Shown one piece after another: positions 60,284 through 64,000 of a stretch of 64,000 bases of DNA. The stretch is from Limnothrix sp. BL-A-16 (GTDB lineage: Bacteria; Cyanobacteriota; Cyanobacteriia; CACIAM-69d), in the NCBI GenBank assembly GCA_041937175.2, contig CP166615.1, positions 1,344,001-1,408,000 of the forward strand, in the 5' to 3' direction. The stretch's first letter is position 1. Each line of letters starts with the position of its first letter. The notes under the pieces were generated by a model, which was not told the origin of the DNA, ran no database searches, and was given only the letters and a program-made list of their open reading frames with translations. Made by a program: the position numbers and the translations under genes.

Positions 60284-63200
60284 ATGCATGTCTTGCGGAA
60301 CTTAGGTGGCTGCTCCTTCGTGGGGGCGGGCGTTGGGGGATGTTTAATAATTGCGGGAATTGCGGGTTTTTTGACGATCGGGAGCCTGGGTGCTGACTCA
60401 GGGGCGGCTTGGGCCCAGTCGATCGCCCCGGCGGCCGACGGCACGGGCACGGTGGTGACTCCCCAGGGCGATCGCCTTGATATCAGCGGCGGCAGTCGAT
60501 CGAGTGATGGGGCGAATTTATTTCACAGTTTTGAGCGGTTTAATCTCAACACCCAGGAAATTGCGAATTTCCTGGCCACGCCGGACTTGCGCAACATTCT
60601 AGGGCGTGTGGTGGGGGGCGATCCATCGCGCATTGATGGACTCATCCAGGTCAGCGGTGGTAGTCCCAATCTATTTTTGATGAATCCGGCGGGTCTGGTG
60701 TTTGGGCCCAATGCTCGGCTGAATGTGCCCGCTTCCTTCACGGCCACTACGGCTACGGGTGTGAGCTTTGGGGAGTCCGGGGAATTTTGGTTCCAAGCGA
60801 CGGGATCCAATCAATACGCGAATTTGCTGGGCGATCCGACGGGGTTGGCGTTTGCCTTATCGCAACCGGCGGGAATTGTGAACCGGGCGGCGCTGGCCGT
60901 ACCAACGGGCCAAAGCCTGAGTTTGGTGGGGGGCACGGTGTTGAGCGTGGGAACTCTGTCGGCTCCGGGAGGACGGCTGATGGTGGCGGCGGTTCCGGGC
61001 GATCGCTTTGTGCGGTTCACGCCGGAAGGATCGGTGCTGGCGTTGGATTTGCCGATCGGGGGGCGGCCCGGTGCGGATTTGACCTGGGGCCCGATCGCCC
61101 CGCGAACAATTCCGGAACTGCTGGCGGGGCAACCGGTCACGGCCAATGCCTTGACGGTGCGGCCCGATGGCACGGTTTCGATCGGCCATTCCGAGGGCCC
61201 CTTGGCGGCGGGGGATGTGGCGGTGCAGTCAGCCACGGCCGGAACGGCTACCCTGTCGGCGGCCAATAACTTGCTGCTGCTGTCTAGTCAGCTCAGCACC
61301 ACGGGCGATTTGCACTTGTTGGCGGGACAAGCGGCGATCGGGCGAGACAATCCCACAAATCCTTTACGGTTGAGTGCCGGGGGACAGTTGACCCTCTGGG
61401 GCGATCGGCAGGTGGATCTATACGGCTTGCACCACCCCGACAGCGGCATCATCAGTGATCACAGTCTTTTTTTAGTGAGTTCAGGGGCGATCGCTGGGAA
61501 TTTGCCCCTGCGCACGGGCGGTCAATTGTTTGTGACGCAACCGACGGGCGATCGGGTGCTGTTTCGCACGGTCTTTGAACCGATTTTCAGCGATCGCAGC
61601 GGTCAAATCACCCTCGCTTTCGGTACCACACCGGCCCGCAGCAATCGCGCTCCCTTCATTTCCTCGCCCGTGGTTGCGACCACCACCACCCGACCCACTA
61701 CGCCCTCACCCAGCAGCACCAGTTCCAGCAGCAGCACTGGCTCCACAACCCTACGTCCTGTCGTTCCTCTGAACCCCACAGGCACAGGGACAACGGGCAC
61801 GGGGACAACGGGCACGATCAACCCCGGATCCATCACCCTGATTCCCGGCACAACCAACGATCCCCCCACCACCAATCCAACCCTGAGCAATTCAGTGTCG
61901 CTGATTCCGGTGGCTCCCATGCAAACTGGCTCCAATTCCAGCACCACCAACACCACCGTTAGCGGCCTGAATACCTCCTTTAGCTTGATCCCGATCGCCC
62001 CTGTGGACTCGCCCACGACCAATTCCACCAGTTCAGAGGATGAGGACGATCGATCTGCTTTCTTGCCGGTGAAGCCGATCGTGGTGAACAACAATTCCAA
62101 CACCGGTAACACTGGTTCTTCATTCACGGTGGCTACGGTTAACCTCAGCCTTGATAGCGCGAACTTTGGTGGGTTGGTGACACCCACTAATCAAGGAATC
62201 CATTTCTCTACAGGTAAGTCGCCCATTTCGGCCCCTTGGGCTGCCAATGTGGATGGGTTAGTGCAGTCCACCTTGGCCAACACCACCGAGCAACCGGTGA
62301 GCGCGGGGGGAAGTAGCCCAGTGGCGGGAACTGTCAATGCTGGCAATACAAATCTGGTTGGCAATAACCTAAGCACGGCCATTAGTTCCGATGCGATCGT
62401 GCAGCGGGCGAATTTGGCTTCTGCGACCTTTGCGGCGAATCCGGGATCCGTGAACGGGGTTGCCGGAAATGTGGCTCCCGTAACCGGGGCAGTCCCCACA
62501 TCCGCGAATGTGTCGATCGCGCCTTCTTCCGGCCAGTCTCCCAATGCAGCACCTTTGGTTCCGCTCTCGGGGGTAACGGATGCGGCCAACAATTCGACGG
62601 TGGGAACCTTGGTGACGGGGCTACCGGTGAGCAGTAACCCCTTACCCAACAGTGGTGCGATTGGAGAGGGCGGCTCGAACCTGGCGCATTCGGCCGGCGT
62701 GGGCAATAACCAGGCCATTAGCCAAACGGACTTGCTGGGGCCCCGATCGCCCGGCTTGGAGGGCACAAATCCCTCGGGTATCCCCGCCAACGGCCCAGTC
62801 ACCGACCCGGGGCAAGTGTTGAATCTGCAAGCCTTGCGGGCCGAAACCCTGCAAGTGGCCCTTTGTGACAACACCGTTTGGTTAGATTGCCAACGCAAAG
62901 ACCTGGAACGGGCCCGCAACAGTGGCGATCGCAAGGCGATCGTGGTGGCCTTGCAGCGGTTGGGCCGGGCCCACTACCAAGCGGGTGAATATGGCGATGC
63001 GATTTTGGCCCATCGCGAAAGTCGTGATTTAGCGGCCGATCAGCCCCTGTTGGCCGCGATCGCAGAAAGTGACCTGGGCAGTAGCTACGGGGCTTTGGGT
63101 CAATATTCGGAAGCGATCGCCCATTACGGGCAGGCCTTGGCCCTGTTGCGATCGAACCCTGCGCCTACGTTGGAAAGCAATATCCTGAATAACTTGGGTC

Positions 63201-64000
63201 TGATAGCGACCAACCAACAAAACCTGGAACAAGCCCGCGCCTATTTTGAACAGTCCCTGGCGATCGCCCAGCAACATCGGGATTTGAGTAATCAAGCCCG
63301 CGCCCTCACCCAAATTGGCCTGCTGGATTACCAAGCCACGCGCTACGAGGCGGCCGTGAGGGCACATCAGGCCAGCTTGGCCCTGGCAGAGCAGGCGAAC
63401 GACCAACCGGCGATCGCCCGCACCCTCGATAATTTGGGTTTGGCCTACTATGCCCAAGGAGACTACGGGGCCGCGGCCACGGTTCAACAAAAGTCCCTGG
63501 CCCTGTCGCAGGCCTTGGGCGATCGCCATGGTACGGCGCGGGCCCTGTCCAACTTGGGAGATACGTACTATCGACTCCAAGACTTTGACGCGGCCACGGA
63601 TTATCTGCAGCGGGCGATCGCCTCTTGGGAACAGGTGCGCGAAAACCTGACCAGTGATGGGGCCCGGCTGGCGATTTTTGAGACCCAAGAAACCACCTAC
63701 AGCACCTTGCAAACGGTGTTAATTGCGGCCCAAAAACCAGAACAGGCCCTGCTGGCCAATGAACGGGGCCGGGCCCAAGCCCTCTTGAAACTGTTGGCGG
63801 AAGAGAGTCAATGGGCCGATCGACCCGCCGCGCGATCGACCCCAACCCCTAACCCATCGGAATTGACGGACTCGATCGACTTAGCACAAATCCAGCGGGT
63901 GGCCCGCGAGCAGTCCGCCACCCTGATTTCCTACGCGATCGAGCGGGATACCCGAGACCACGGAGGCCAACGCCAACTCCTCGACTTGGCTATCAATATT
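60284..64000 (+). CDS. Large filamentous-haemagglutinin (TPS) N-domain + S/T/N-rich linker + TPR protein, probably ending in a CHAT domain; runs off the window; absent from ORF track
   Basis: Hand translation from ATG 60284: AWA|QSIAPAADGTGT..GANLFHSFERF..NLFLMNPAGLVFGPNARLNV; in-frame TPRs from about 62900; ALLANERGRAQALL near 63750. Confidence 0.9.
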   Translation, partial: MHVLRNLGGCSFVGAGVGGCLIIAGIAGFLTIGSLGADSGAAWAQSIAPAADGTGTVVTPQGDRLDISGGSRSSDGANLFHSFERFNLNTQEIANFLATPDLRNILGRVVGGDPSRIDGLIQVSGGSPNLFLMNPAGLVFGPNARLNVPASFTATTATGVSFGESGEFWFQATGSNQYANLLGDPTGLAFALSQPAGIVNRAALAVPTGQSLSLVGGTVLSVGTLSAPGGRLMVAAVPGDRFVRFTPEGSVLALDLPIGGRPGADLTWGPIAPRTIPELLAGQPVTANALTVRPDGTVSIGHSEGPLAAGDVAVQSATAGTATLSAANNLLLLSSQLSTTGDLHLLAGQAAIGRDNPTNPLRLSAGGQLTLWGDRQVDLYGLHHPDSGIISDHSLFLVSSGAIAGNLPLRTGGQLFVTQPTGDRVLFRTVFEPIFSDRSGQITLAFGTTPARSNRAPFISSPVVATTTTRPTTPSPSSTSSSSSTGSTTLRPVVPLNPTGTGTTGTGTTGTINPGSITLIPGTTNDPPTTNPTLSNSVSLIPVAPMQTGSNSSTTNTTVSGLNTSFSLIPIAPVDSPTTNSTSSEDEDDRSAFLPVKPIVVNNNSNTGNTGSSFTVATVNLSLDSANFGGLVTPTNQGIHFSTGKSPISAPWAANVDGLVQSTLANTTEQPVSAGGSSPVAGTVNAGNTNLVGNNLSTAISSDAIVQRANLASATFAANPGSVNGVAGNVAPVTGAVPTSANVSIAPSSGQSPNAAPLVPLSGVTDAANNSTVGTLVTGLPVSSNPLPNSGAIGEGGSNLAHSAGVGNNQAISQTDLLGPRSPGLEGTNPSGIPANGPVTDPGQVLNLQALRAETLQVALCDNTVWLDCQRKDLERARNSGDRKAIVVALQRLGRAHYQAGEYGDAILAHRESRDLAADQPLLAAIAESDLGSSYGALGQYSEAIAHYGQALALLRSNPAPTLESNILNNLGLIATNQQNLEQARAYFEQSLAIAQQHRDLSNQARALTQIGLLDYQATRYEAAVRAHQASLALAEQANDQPAIARTLDNLGLAYYAQGDYGAAATVQQKSLALSQALGDRHGTARALSNLGDTYYRLQDFDAATDYLQRAIASWEQVRENLTSDGARLAIFETQETTYSTLQTVLIAAQKPEQALLANERGRAQALLKLLAEESQWADRPAARSTPTPNPSELTDSIDLAQIQRVAREQSATLISYAIERDTRDHGGQRQLLDLAINI

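Noticed and set aside
60523..63845. Several minus-strand ORFs (194, 247, 227 aa, etc.)
   Set aside because: They are shadows of the single long plus-strand gene starting at 60284.

Overview
A mostly core-genome chromosomal segment of a cyanobacterium, as shown by very frequent HIP1 GCGATCGC octamers and by psb28, psbX, ndhP, sbtAB, acsF, ycf66 and plmA. It holds about 50 CDS, two tRNA-Leu genes and one IS630 element. Three real genes are missing from, or mis-started in, the ORF track: psbX (17620-17742), ndhP (20092-20214) and a >1239-codon haemagglutinin-TPR(-probably CHAT) gene that runs off the right edge from 60284. The most striking feature is a class II ribonucleotide reductase (nrdJ) interrupted by two LAGLIDADG inteins only 10 codons apart. 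Each intein sits directly before a predicted catalytic cysteine, and the second ends in an atypical Gly-Gln. Other notable observations: a small non-autonomous element with IS5-type inverted repeats that carries a REP hairpin (3 related copies); REP hairpins tandemly duplicated together with gene 3' ends; a probable ATA start codon for murA; a candidate sRNA; an NtcA box over the promoter of a small unknown gene; a divergent acsF / ho-hemN low-oxygen cluster; and a signal-peptide pentapeptide-TPR-CHAT protease. No CRISPR array, prophage or integrase was seen. All calls come from reading motifs by eye; no searches were run.
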